A stretch of DNA of 63,996 nt, filler included, from an uncultured Methanosarcinales archaeon (GTDB lineage Archaea > Nanobdellota > Nanobdellia > Woesearchaeales > CALCXY01): NCBI GenBank assembly GCA_964385185.1. It is 3 parts of 3 records of this genome, joined end to end, with 100 filler letters (N's around TTAATTAATTAA, not from the genome) between each part and the next. Parts side by side here need not be neighbours in the genome. Positions count along the whole stretch, not along the records: positions 24,545 to 48,036 come from CAYLOA010000018.1; 2 more parts are not named here. One strand, given 5' to 3'. Below, piece by piece: positions 28,617 through 37,638 of this stretch. Positions within the stretch are counted from its first letter, which is position 1. Every line of letters starts with the position of its first letter. A program made the translations under genes and the position numbers. Under the pieces are notes generated by a model. The model saw only the letters and a program-made list of their open reading frames with translations, did not search any database and was not told the origin of the DNA.

Positions 28617-30401
28617 TTATTTCTTAATAGAAAGATTATGAGCCTCAATGTATCTCTTAGCAAATACTTTCCAATCTGCTTTTTGAGCTAGAGAACGAGC
28701 AACAATCTTATTTTCAACTCTTTGTTGCTTAGTTAAATGAGTAAAATTATGTAACGTGTTAGTTAATTCATCAGTTACTTTGTTATCTGGGATGTTGAAA
28801 CGTTTTAATACCCATACTCCTGGCTGTTTTGACTTACTCGGTTCTTTACTAATATATCTTCCAAATCCTGCCAAGTCTGTTGTGACTGATCCTACGCCTA
28901 ATGCTGCAGCCTCTAAGGGGGTATATCCCCAAGGTTCGTAGAATGATGGGAAGACTCCTAGATGAGATCCTACCATAGATTCGTAGTATGAAGTATTCAG
29001 TAATCCGTCTGCTCCTGTGAGGTAGATAGGGTAGTAGACTATTTTTACATTATCTTCTTTTCTGTTGAGCAATCCTTGTGCCTTACATGCACTTATAATT
29101 TCATCAGTCTCTTCGTTGTATAGATCGTGTGTGGAGAGTGGAGGATTTCCTTTTGCTTTTGTTTTAGCAATTTTTGTCTTTAGGTCTTTCCAAATATCTT
29201 TGTCGAATAAGGTAGATTGTGATAATTTCTTCTTGGATAGTAGAGCGTGGAGGATCTTGTTTTTTATTTCTGGAAGATCTACTTCCAGTTCATCCTTTAC
29301 ATCTTGAAATTGAGTTTTGGCTTGGAGTAATTCAGGCCTAATTCCTTTAATATTTCCAGGGACAAAGAAAAATGCAATAATGGTTTGGTCTGATTTTTCT
29401 TCTTTGAGGATATTGTTTAATCTTGCTAAGGAGGAGATAAAAATATCAATACCTTTATCGTGGAATTCATATCTTCCTGCGATGAAGTAGAGTAGTGCAT
29501 TGGCCAAGTCAAAACTGTAATAGGGGAAAAAGTAGTAGAGGAGAAATTCCTTCATTTTATTCTTGAATAATTTGTGTTTAATGGATACTTCTTCAAAGCT
29601 GGGAAACTTAGCCATATCAAGACCATTGAATAATAAGACGTCTGGTTTTCTTCCTAGGAGATGTTCGGCTTCTATACCTGTAATTTCAGAAACGGTGGTA
29701 AATATATTGGCGTTTGTTGCACATTCTTTTTCCATTAACCATTTCGCTTGGATTCCTCGTTCAAAGGCTTCCTTTTGAGGGTCTATATTTTTTAATTCTG
29801 CATAGAGGTTTACACCTGCCGTTGCTAACGTTCTTCCCAGCATGGTAGCATGGGTTGTGAACACTGTGCCAATTCTTGATTTTATGTTGTTAAGGTGGAG
29901 TAAAGCAGATCCTGCCAACCATTCGTGAAATTGAGCAACCATTTTTTTTCTTGGATAGGCTTTTGATAGTTCATGGAGTAATATTCCTACAGCTCTTCCC
30001 CATAATACGGGCTCTCCAAAATCGTTGAAAGATGTGGTGAGAGAGTCTACTTGATATTGATCCCAGAGTTCTTTTTTTATTTGGTTAGTTTGTGATTGAT
30101 AGTTTGCTGTGTCTACTAGAATTGCGATGGGTTCACCTTGAATATTCCAGACTCCATAATGGCAATCGATTCCCATTTCTCTTAGTTTTTCAAATACTTT
30201 TTTTATTTCTGGAGGAGGTAGTTTTTCTTCAAAGATTCCATACGCTTTTTTGGGAAAGTAGGGGCCGACCATGAAAAAAGAATCTTGTTTGTAATAGGAT
30301 AACATCTGTGCTGCTTTAGAAGAGACTACTGTGTATATTCCACCGACTTTATTACATATTTCCCAAGAGACCTCTACAAAGATATCTGCATTAGCTTTCA
30401 T
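28617..30401 (-). CDS. Glycogen synthase, GT3 (eukaryote-like) family
   Basis: EVSWEICNKVGGIYTV, FHEWL, FTTHATMLGR, GRYEFHDKG, FPSFYEPWGYTPLE. Confidence 0.93.
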   Translation of the reverse strand: MKANADIFVEVSWEICNKVGGIYTVVSSKAAQMLSYYKQDSFFMVGPYFPKKAYGIFEEKLPPPEIKKVFEKLREMGIDCHYGVWNIQGEPIAILVDTANYQSQTNQIKKELWDQYQVDSLTTSFNDFGEPVLWGRAVGILLHELSKAYPRKKMVAQFHEWLAGSALLHLNNIKSRIGTVFTTHATMLGRTLATAGVNLYAELKNIDPQKEAFERGIQAKWLMEKECATNANIFTTVSEITGIEAEHLLGRKPDVLLFNGLDMAKFPSFEEVSIKHKLFKNKMKEFLLYYFFPYYSFDLANALLYFIAGRYEFHDKGIDIFISSLARLNNILKEEKSDQTIIAFFFVPGNIKGIRPELLQAKTQFQDVKDELEVDLPEIKNKILHALLSKKKLSQSTLFDKDIWKDLKTKIAKTKAKGNPPLSTHDLYNEETDEIISACKAQGLLNRKEDNVKIVYYPIYLTGADGLLNTSYYESMVGSHLGVFPSFYEPWGYTPLEAAALGVGSVTTDLAGFGRYISKEPSKSKQPGVWVLKRFNIPDNKVTDELTNTLHNFTHLTKQQRVENKIVARSLAQKADWKVFAKRYIEAHNLSIKK

Positions 30402-30544
30402 TTATGTTAGATTGAGTAATAAGTGTATTTAAAGAGTTTGTACTACTGAGTAATGGCCAACAAGGGACAGAATGTATTCTCAAAAGTAAACTTTATATAC
30501 AAGTAATCTTTGTACTCTTTTATCAGTATATGGAGGTTATGACT

Positions 30545-30595
30545 ATGAGATATGGAGACGGAGATGAAGACGGCTGCGGATGCGGTAAGAATTAA
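30545..30595 (+). CDS. Candidate micro-peptide MRYGDGDEDGCGCGKN
   Basis: SD GGAGG at 30532-30536, TATA-like ctttatata at 30491-30499, GC-rich island followed by T-run; in-frame ATGs also at 30530 and 30539. Confidence 0.45.
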   Translation: MRYGDGDEDGCGCGKN

Positions 30596-30642
30596 TTTTT
30601 TTATTTTATTTTTAATATATTAAATAATAATTGGGGTGGATA

Positions 30643-30960
30643 ATGGCAAAAAAAGGGGTAAATACTAATTTAGAAATAATTGCTGTTGTAGCAATAGTTG
30701 CAATTGTGGCAATCTTTGTTCTATTCTTAAATGCTGGACATGCTTGTAAAGGAAAGTATACTGGCGATTTTCATAAAGATACATTTAGTAAATCAGGAGT
30801 AAGTGAGAAAGTTGCACCGGAAGGTATTGCAGATGAAGCAACTGTTGAACCAGCCGGTAGTGGAATTACAGGAGCTGTTGTTGGATTACCTTCAACAAGT
30901 TGGGGGGGATTACAGCTTCCAAAACCTCCTGTTGCGCCTGGTGCACCACCTTTATCATAA
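30643..30960 (+). CDS. Small membrane-anchored protein
   Basis: KKG plus hydrophobic helix; ITGAVVG motif and Pro-rich tail. Confidence 0.65.
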   Translation: MAKKGVNTNLEIIAVVAIVAIVAIFVLFLNAGHACKGKYTGDFHKDTFSKSGVSEKVAPEGIADEATVEPAGSGITGAVVGLPSTSWGGLQLPKPPVAPGAPPLS

Positions 30961-31093
30961 ATTTTTCTTTCTAATTTCTCTTATTTTCTTCAAAGTATAG
31001 TTTGGAATATTTAGTTATATTTTGTATCTATAAAAGATATACCTTGTGAGCAGTATACTACTATGTTCTAACTATAAATAGATAGCTTTATAT

Positions 31094-31435
31094 ATGATAA
31101 TCTCTAGAATGAAGGATATGATTAGAGGTGAGCCCGTTAAGCGGACGTTCGATAAGATTCGAACGAATATGTTAATCTGTCTGTCTAAAGGTCAGAAGAC
31201 ATTAAATCAAATTTCTAAAGAGACAGGAATCAATTGGAAGACAGTTGATAACCATATTGTGTATTTGGTAGGTAGAGGATTGGTGACTGAAGTGTTTAAA
31301 TCTAGCTATGTGCGAATCTATGAATTGTCTGATGAAGGAAAAGAGTTTCTCATTGAGAAGTTTAGAAAGAAAATCAAGATTATTGATACTAAAATCAAAG
31401 CCAAAGTAGGTGGGAGTGGGTTGTTGTTTTTATGA
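31094..31435 (+). CDS. Winged-HTH transcription regulator (ArsR-like)
   Basis: TLNQISKETGINWKTVDNHIVYL...RIYELSDEG. Confidence 0.85.
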   Translation: MIISRMKDMIRGEPVKRTFDKIRTNMLICLSKGQKTLNQISKETGINWKTVDNHIVYLVGRGLVTEVFKSSYVRIYELSDEGKEFLIEKFRKKIKIIDTKIKAKVGGSGLLFL

Positions 31436-31448
31436 GAGGTAGACACAT

Positions 31449-32687
31449 ATGAAGGTGTTGATGTTTGGTTGGGAGTTTCCACCCTTCAACAAAGGAGGAT
31501 TAGGGACGGCCTGTCACGGTTTGACTAAAGGTCTCACTAATCAGGACGTAGATGTGACTTTTGTCTTGCCTAAAGCTCCAGAAGAAGCTGATGGAGGACA
31601 TGTGAAACTGTTAAAGGCAAATGCATTGGCATTTTGGGATACATTAAAAATCAAAAAAGTGGATAGTTTGTTGACTGAATATGTAAGCCAAGAGGTGTAT
31701 GATGAACGAGTTGAAGGGTATTTACATCAGGTGAGAAGTAATTCAGGGGATAATTTGTATGGTAAAGATCTCCATCATGAAGTTTGGAGATTTGGAAAGG
31801 TTGCAGGATTAATTGCCAAGCATGAGGATCACGATGTTATCCATTCCCATGATTGGATGACCTATGAAGCGGGTATGGAAGCTAAGAAGCATTCTGGAAA
31901 ACCATTAGTGGTACATGTGCATGCAACTGAGTTTGACAGGACGGGTGGACATAATGTTAATGAGTATGTGTATGGGATTGAGAAAAAAGGGATGGAGACT
32001 GCAGATAGAATAGTTACTGTCAGTAATTATACAAAACAGATGGTAGTTTCAAAGTATGGGATTGATCCTGGTAAGATTGAAGTGGTGCATAATGCAGTTG
32101 AGTTTACTGATTATAAAGGAGGAAATACTATTGAGAATTCAGATAAGATCGTGTTGTTTTTAGGTCGTATAACGATTCAAAAAGGTCCTGATTGGTTTTT
32201 GTACGCTGCCAGAAAGGTATTGGATAAAAATCCTGATGTGAAATTTATCTTTGCTGGAGAGGGAGATATGGAAGCTATGATTATTAACAAAGCTGCTGAA
32301 TTAGGGATGGCTGACAAGGTATTATTTTCTGGTTTTTTAAAAGGAACTGATATTGATAAAGCCTATCAGATGGCAGATTTGTATGTTATGCCTTCTGTGT
32401 CTGAACCTTTTGGGATTACCCCTTTAGAGGCTATGCAAAATGGTACTCCTGTGTTAATGTCAAAACAGTCTGGGGTGAGTGAGGTTGTCCAACATTGTTT
32501 AAAATGTGATTTCTGGGATGTGGATGAGATGGCTAATATGATGGCTTCTGTGTTGCAATATAGTGCATTACAAGAGCAATTGAGTGAGAATGGTGGACAA
32601 GAAGTGATGAAATTTAGTTGGGATGAACCTGCTGCTCAATGTTTGCAAGTGTATGACCAAATCTGTGGAGGGGGCAATCATGGTTGA
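31449..32687 (+). CDS. GT4-family glycosyltransferase
   Basis: MKVLMFGWEFPP, GGLG, HSHDWMT, PSVSEPFGITPLEAM. Confidence 0.93.
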   Translation: MKVLMFGWEFPPFNKGGLGTACHGLTKGLTNQDVDVTFVLPKAPEEADGGHVKLLKANALAFWDTLKIKKVDSLLTEYVSQEVYDERVEGYLHQVRSNSGDNLYGKDLHHEVWRFGKVAGLIAKHEDHDVIHSHDWMTYEAGMEAKKHSGKPLVVHVHATEFDRTGGHNVNEYVYGIEKKGMETADRIVTVSNYTKQMVVSKYGIDPGKIEVVHNAVEFTDYKGGNTIENSDKIVLFLGRITIQKGPDWFLYAARKVLDKNPDVKFIFAGEGDMEAMIINKAAELGMADKVLFSGFLKGTDIDKAYQMADLYVMPSVSEPFGITPLEAMQNGTPVLMSKQSGVSEVVQHCLKCDFWDVDEMANMMASVLQYSALQEQLSENGGQEVMKFSWDEPAAQCLQVYDQICGGGNHG

Positions 32688-33897
32688 TGTCTGTTGGTAT
32701 TTCCAGGTGCATCAGCCCAAGAGGTTGGCCAAATATAGTGTTTTTGATATTGGTAAAAAGAGTGACTACTGGGATCATAAGAAGAATAGAGAAGTCATGG
32801 AGAAGGTAGCTCGGAAGTGTTACATGCCGACGAATACTTTGATGCATGATTTAATTAAACAAGGGAAGATGAAAGCTTCCTATAGTATTACGGGGACTGC
32901 TATCGAGCAATTTGAAGAGTATGCTCCTCATGTGTTACACAGTTTCCAGGAGTTAGCTGATACTGGACAGGTTGAGTTTTTAGGGGAGACTGAATTTCAC
33001 TCATTGAGTTATTTATTTTCTAAAAAAGAGTTTCGTGAGCAAGTCAACAAACATGATAAGTTGATTAAGAAACATTTTGGGCAGAAGCCAAAGGTGTTTC
33101 GAAATACTGAGTTGATTTTCAACAATGAATTGGGGAAGTATGTTGAAGAAATGGGCTATAAAGGAATGATTGCAGAAGGAGCAGATCATATTTTAGATTG
33201 GAAAAGTCCCAACTTTGTCTACAAATCAGTAGGGTGTGACAAGATGAAATTATTATTGAAGAATTATAAATTGAGTGATGATATTGCCTTTCGATTTTCA
33301 GATAAAGGGTGGAAAGACCATCCTCTGAGTTGTGAGAAGTTTGCTTCCTGGTGTGATTTAGCTGAAGGTGATTCTATCAACTTATTTATGGACTATGAAA
33401 CTTTTGGAGAGCATCAGTGGGCAGATACAGGGATTTTTAATTTCTTGCGAGGATTACCTGATGCTTTGGCTCAAAAAGGTATTGGATTTAAATTACCTCA
33501 TGAGGTGCTTGATGCTGAAGCTAAAGGGACGGTTGATTATCACAATTTTGTAAGTTGGGCAGATATTGAACGTGATACCAGTGCATGGATGGGTAATAAA
33601 ATTCAAGATTCTGCATTGGCTCATTTGTATAAAATGGAAGAAGCTGTTAAGAAAAGTAAGGATAAATCTTTGTTAGGGGATTGGAAACGGTTGACAACTT
33701 CGGATCATTTTTATTATATGTGTACTAAGTGGTTTAACGATGGAGATGTGCATAAATACTTTAATCCTTATGATAGTCCTTATGAGGGATATATTGCTTT
33801 TATGAATGTTCTTCATGATATGAAGTTACGATTGGAGAAGAAAGAGAATAGTTCTTTATTGAGGAAGATGCCGCTTGTGAAATCCAGTACAAATTAA
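32680..33897 (+). CDS. GH57 alpha-amylase-type glycoside hydrolase
   Basis: YFQVHQP, FRNTEL, FMDYETFGEHQW, TSDHFYYM. Confidence 0.94.
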   Translation: MVDVCWYFQVHQPKRLAKYSVFDIGKKSDYWDHKKNREVMEKVARKCYMPTNTLMHDLIKQGKMKASYSITGTAIEQFEEYAPHVLHSFQELADTGQVEFLGETEFHSLSYLFSKKEFREQVNKHDKLIKKHFGQKPKVFRNTELIFNNELGKYVEEMGYKGMIAEGADHILDWKSPNFVYKSVGCDKMKLLLKNYKLSDDIAFRFSDKGWKDHPLSCEKFASWCDLAEGDSINLFMDYETFGEHQWADTGIFNFLRGLPDALAQKGIGFKLPHEVLDAEAKGTVDYHNFVSWADIERDTSAWMGNKIQDSALAHLYKMEEAVKKSKDKSLLGDWKRLTTSDHFYYMCTKWFNDGDVHKYFNPYDSPYEGYIAFMNVLHDMKLRLEKKENSSLLRKMPLVKSSTN

Positions 33898-33977
33898 CTT
33901 CATTCTTTAAACACAACCTTTAAATATCAGTTTTCTGAATTATGACTATATTAATAGAGTTTGCAGTAATCTATACA

Positions 33978-34310
33978 ATGAGTAAACGGAAAAAAAAGGG
34001 TGTGGGTGTTGAATTTGACATCACGGTGAAGAAAAAGGTCTTAGGAGAAGCTCCGCAGGAGTTTCATTTCGTTCTGAAAGATGGGAGAAGGTTAAAGAGC
34101 ATCTATGATCTTATTGACAGTCTAGAAGATATGGCAGACGATACTTTTAATTTTCACGTAGGAAATGACAAGAATGATTTTTCTTCATGGATTAAAGATA
34201 TTTTCGAGGAAGAAGGACTCGGTAGTACATTACATGGAATTGAAGATCGATTAGAGACTCAACGTGAGTTGTTGAACCATATGGTGAAGGAATTACGAAA
34301 GATCAAGTAA
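33978..34310 (+). CDS. DUF5752-like protein
   Basis: FVLKDG...FNFHVGNDKNDFSSWIKD. Confidence 0.75.
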   Translation: MSKRKKKGVGVEFDITVKKKVLGEAPQEFHFVLKDGRRLKSIYDLIDSLEDMADDTFNFHVGNDKNDFSSWIKDIFEEEGLGSTLHGIEDRLETQRELLNHMVKELRKIK

Positions 34311-34312
34311 AA

Positions 34313-34615
34313 ATGGCTGTGACTAAAAAAAAGGCAAGAAAAATTCTTTCTAACTGTCCTCCTCAAGAAAGTTTCTGGGTTAATAATGGACCTATTATCA
34401 AAAACTTAAGTGAATTGTATAGAGAATTAAAGTTAATGAATCCTGAGACGTTTAAACATCATGTCAGTCGGGAGAAGAATGATTTTAGCAAATGGATTAA
34501 AGACTGTATTGGTGATCAAGCATTAGCAATTGAGTTGAAAAAAACAACCGGAAAGAAAACTACTGTTACTAAATTACGAACACGATTATATATGTTAAAG
34601 AAAGTTGCTAGATAA
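34313..34615 (+). CDS. DUF5752-like protein
   Basis: FWVNNG...FKHHVSREKNDFSKWIKD. Confidence 0.75.
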   Translation: MAVTKKKARKILSNCPPQESFWVNNGPIIKNLSELYRELKLMNPETFKHHVSREKNDFSKWIKDCIGDQALAIELKKTTGKKTTVTKLRTRLYMLKKVAR

Positions 34616-34626
34616 AAGAGGGGCAT

Positions 34627-35232
34627 GTGAAACATAAATTTTTAAAAGAGGTGAAAGCAGACCATCATTTTATTCTTAAGACAGGTGAAGCCATCTCCAA
34701 TTTAGAAGATCTTCATAGTAAGTTGCGTGGTATGAATGAAGATACGTTTTCTCATCACGTGAATGACGATAAAAACGATTTTAAGAATTGGATTAATGAT
34801 ATTATCAAAGATAAAGACTTAGCTGAAAGTTTAGGGAGTATTATTAAGAAAAATGAAATGTTGCATACTGTAAAAGGTCGTATTACTCAGTTGAAGAAAA
34901 GACAGAAAGTACGGAAGACAACGATTAAGTTTAAAACTAAGGGAGCTAAGATTAAGAAAAAGAAGAAAACTGAAAAAGATATTTCTAAAGAGGTTGAAAA
35001 AGCATTTGATAAACATAAAGTGAAAGTTGTTGAGCCTGTTACCAAACAGGAATGGATTGGTGACAAGATGGAGAATATTGTGATGCAGATAGCTCAGAAA
35101 GTGGGCATGGTTGAAGAGGATCGTAAAGAATTTAGAGAAAAAGCTGAGATGATTAAAGGGATAAATGACTTCTTTCTCGGATTGATAATTGGTATTGTTA
35201 TTGGATTGGTATTGGCTCGGTTTTTGTTTTAG
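34627..35232 (+). CDS. DUF5752-like protein with C-terminal membrane anchor
   Basis: FILKTG...FSHHVNDDKNDFKNWIND; terminal FFLGLIIGIVIGLVLARFLF; GTG start. Confidence 0.75.
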   Translation: MKHKFLKEVKADHHFILKTGEAISNLEDLHSKLRGMNEDTFSHHVNDDKNDFKNWINDIIKDKDLAESLGSIIKKNEMLHTVKGRITQLKKRQKVRKTTIKFKTKGAKIKKKKKTEKDISKEVEKAFDKHKVKVVEPVTKQEWIGDKMENIVMQIAQKVGMVEEDRKEFREKAEMIKGINDFFLGLIIGIVIGLVLARFLF

Positions 35233-35454
35233 TTTTTATCGTCTATAGTTTTTGTATTTTTTGGAGAAGGTAAATATTCTATGATTATTGGAATTAATTT
35301 TGGAAAATTTACTAATAGTATGGTGAAAATTTACAAAAACCGTGTAAAAGTTTACAATTTTTTCTAGAAGATGTTATTAAGAATAAAAAGAAAGAAAAAC
35401 TATAAACCGACGTAGCCCGATATTTGTCGGGTGACTGAGGTTTATAAACTTTGT

Positions 35455-35572
35455 GCCGACGTAGCCTAACCAGGTAGGGCGACAAGTTGATACCTTGTTT
35501 ACCTCTCCCGGTTCTGCGGGTTCGAACTCGTATATTCAGTTCGAATTACGGGCGAAAATCCCGCCGTCGGCG
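35455..35572 (+). tRNA. tRNA with Ser-type body, GAT anticodon and T-loop BHB intron (35527-35558)
   Basis: GCCGACG TA GCC TAACCAGGTAG GGC G ACAAG TT GAT AC CTTGT [17-nt variable arm] GCGGG TTCGAA|T CCCGC CGTCGGC G. Confidence 0.85.
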
Positions 35573-35789
35573 CTTTTTCCTAAATGATTATTATTTTCTA
35601 TAACTCAGACTTTTGTCTGAGGAATAGAAAATTAAAGCTCATTCAAGAACTATATTTGATTTTAAGTTAACGAATGTACAGTAGCTTTTATTTTCTATAT
35701 GGTAATATATTAGTTTATTACTTCTAAGTGGTAAAAAGCACAAGGTTTATATAGGAGTAATTCGAGTAATATAAGAAGGGGGAATACCG

Positions 35790-36224
35790 ATGGATGATAA
35801 ACAACCTAAATATACTAACATAAAATTGGATGCTGTAGAGGGAGATTTTCAGGTTACAGAATATCCTAATAACATGATCATTAGTTATAGTCCTACCAAA
35901 AGTAAGGTAGAAGGAGAAGGAGATCGGATCTGGAAATTGAATGGGCATCATGAACTATTTTTTGCTGATGATAAATGTAGAACATTGAAGTATGCTCTCG
36001 ATACTAGAATATCGATGCCAGGAACAGGAAATGAATCTGGACCTATTATTGAAGATGCACCAGATCCACTTCCACATGTAATTCATAACCATATTGATGA
36101 TATTTTAAATAAAGTTGAAGGTCTTGGTCGACGGAAAATATTAATTTCAGAATTTTTAAGAGCACGGGTTGAAGAGAATCCAGAATATGATCCTTGGCCT
36201 AAAACACAAACTCCAAGAGGGTAA
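35790..36224 (+). CDS. Hypothetical protein
   Basis: 144-aa ORF with G-rich SD and upstream TATA-like tttatata. Confidence 0.7.
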   Translation: MDDKQPKYTNIKLDAVEGDFQVTEYPNNMIISYSPTKSKVEGEGDRIWKLNGHHELFFADDKCRTLKYALDTRISMPGTGNESGPIIEDAPDPLPHVIHNHIDDILNKVEGLGRRKILISEFLRARVEENPEYDPWPKTQTPRG

Positions 36225-36643
36225 TGATGGCAGGAAAAATTCAAGTGTACAAGGGAGATATTCCAGATAATCGAGAAATACGTATCGCTAGAGATGAAAA
36301 GAAATATACAATTTCGGTTCTAAATAAGTCTGATGAAGAACTAAAATATTTTGCAACATTACTAGGCCCCCATGGTTTCTTTATAATTACAGAAGAAGGG
36401 TATTATGAAGGAAGTCAGAGAATATCTGGATTTACCTTATCGATGAATCCCCCAGAAGATTATGAACAAATTAAACAAGATATAGGACAAATTATACTTA
36501 AGCTTCCAATTCAACATAGGGGTAATATTGGAAGGGCATATACACGAATAGAGGATGTTGCTGAATATTATCGGGAGCTTTCAGAACCTGATCTTATAAG
36601 CCAAATTCCACGACCTGGAAATTGGCAAGGTAAACTTAAATGA
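36224..36643 (+). CDS. Hypothetical protein
   Basis: 139-aa ORF overlapping both neighbours by 1-4 nt. Confidence 0.7.
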   Translation: MMAGKIQVYKGDIPDNREIRIARDEKKYTISVLNKSDEELKYFATLLGPHGFFIITEEGYYEGSQRISGFTLSMNPPEDYEQIKQDIGQIILKLPIQHRGNIGRAYTRIEDVAEYYRELSEPDLISQIPRPGNWQGKLK

Positions 36644-37638
36644 TCAATAAATCAATTCAGATATTAAAACAATTACAACATCCGAAAGGATTGTTTATGG
36701 CAAGTTCTGCTAGTGTAACTACTGGATATAATAGAGCTTGGATACGAGATACTATTTATGAAACTCTTGGAGTAGAAGTTGTAGGAGATAAAAAAAGTGT
36801 CATAAAAGCTATGAGAGCGTTACTAGATGTTTTACTGAAGCATGAAGATAAAATAAATTGGGCTATCAAGGAAAAACCTGATGCAAGATATAAATATATT
36901 CACGCTCGATATGATCCTAACACTCATGAGGAAATTATGGGAGAATGGGGAAATAAACAAAACGATGCTATTGGTGCAATTTTATTTCGTGTTGGAGAAT
37001 TAGAAGAGAAAGGAATTAAGGTTATTCGAAATGAAAATGATACTCGAATATTACAGAAATTAGTTTTTTATCTTAAGAGTGTTGAATACTGGCAAGATGC
37101 AGATAATGGAGTATGGGAAGAGAATGAAGAAGTCCATGCTTCAAGTGTAGGAGCTTGTGTTGCAGGTTTGAAAAAGATTTCAAAGATCGTTGACGTTCCT
37201 ATAGAATTAATCAATCATGGTAAGCATACCTTAAAGGAATTACTTCCTAGAGAAAGTGTAACTAAAGAAGCTGATTTAGCTTTATTGTCTTTAATTTATC
37301 CGTTCAATGTTGTTTCGAAAGAAATGGCTAAGAAAATTGTTAAGAATGTTGAATTCAATTTACTTCGAGCTAAAGGTGTTATTAGATATGATAATGATGT
37401 CTACTACAACAAAGGTTTTGGTGAAGCAGAATGGTGTATGGGATTTCCATGGTTGGCTATTATACATAAACAATTAGGAAATACTGGAAAGTATGCTCAG
37501 TATATGAGAAAAACGGTTGAAGCTATGAATGACAAAGGAGAATTACCTGAGTTGTACTATGCTAATTCAAATATTCATAATGAGAACAGTCCATTAGGTT
37601 GGGGACAGAGTTTATATTTGGTTGCCGTTCAAGACTAA
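36640..37638 (+). CDS. GH15-family glucoamylase-like protein
   Basis: RAWIRD, QNDAIG, DNGVWEE, HASSVG, LPELY, PLGW. Confidence 0.88.
   Translation: MINKSIQILKQLQHPKGLFMASSASVTTGYNRAWIRDTIYETLGVEVVGDKKSVIKAMRALLDVLLKHEDKINWAIKEKPDARYKYIHARYDPNTHEEIMGEWGNKQNDAIGAILFRVGELEEKGIKVIRNENDTRILQKLVFYLKSVEYWQDADNGVWEENEEVHASSVGACVAGLKKISKIVDVPIELINHGKHTLKELLPRESVTKEADLALLSLIYPFNVVSKEMAKKIVKNVEFNLLRAKGVIRYDNDVYYNKGFGEAEWCMGFPWLAIIHKQLGNTGKYAQYMRKTVEAMNDKGELPELYYANSNIHNENSPLGWGQSLYLVAVQD

Noticed and set aside
35481..35499. Reading the tRNA as ordinary Ser(TGA)
   Set aside because: That register breaks the ACAAG/CTTGT stem and puts T at position 37; the GAT register gives U33 and A37 in a 7-nt loop.
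35499..35515. Variable arm as an intron of a normal tRNA-Ile
   Set aside because: No BHB geometry found, and the G discriminator and 3-bp D stem are Ser-like.
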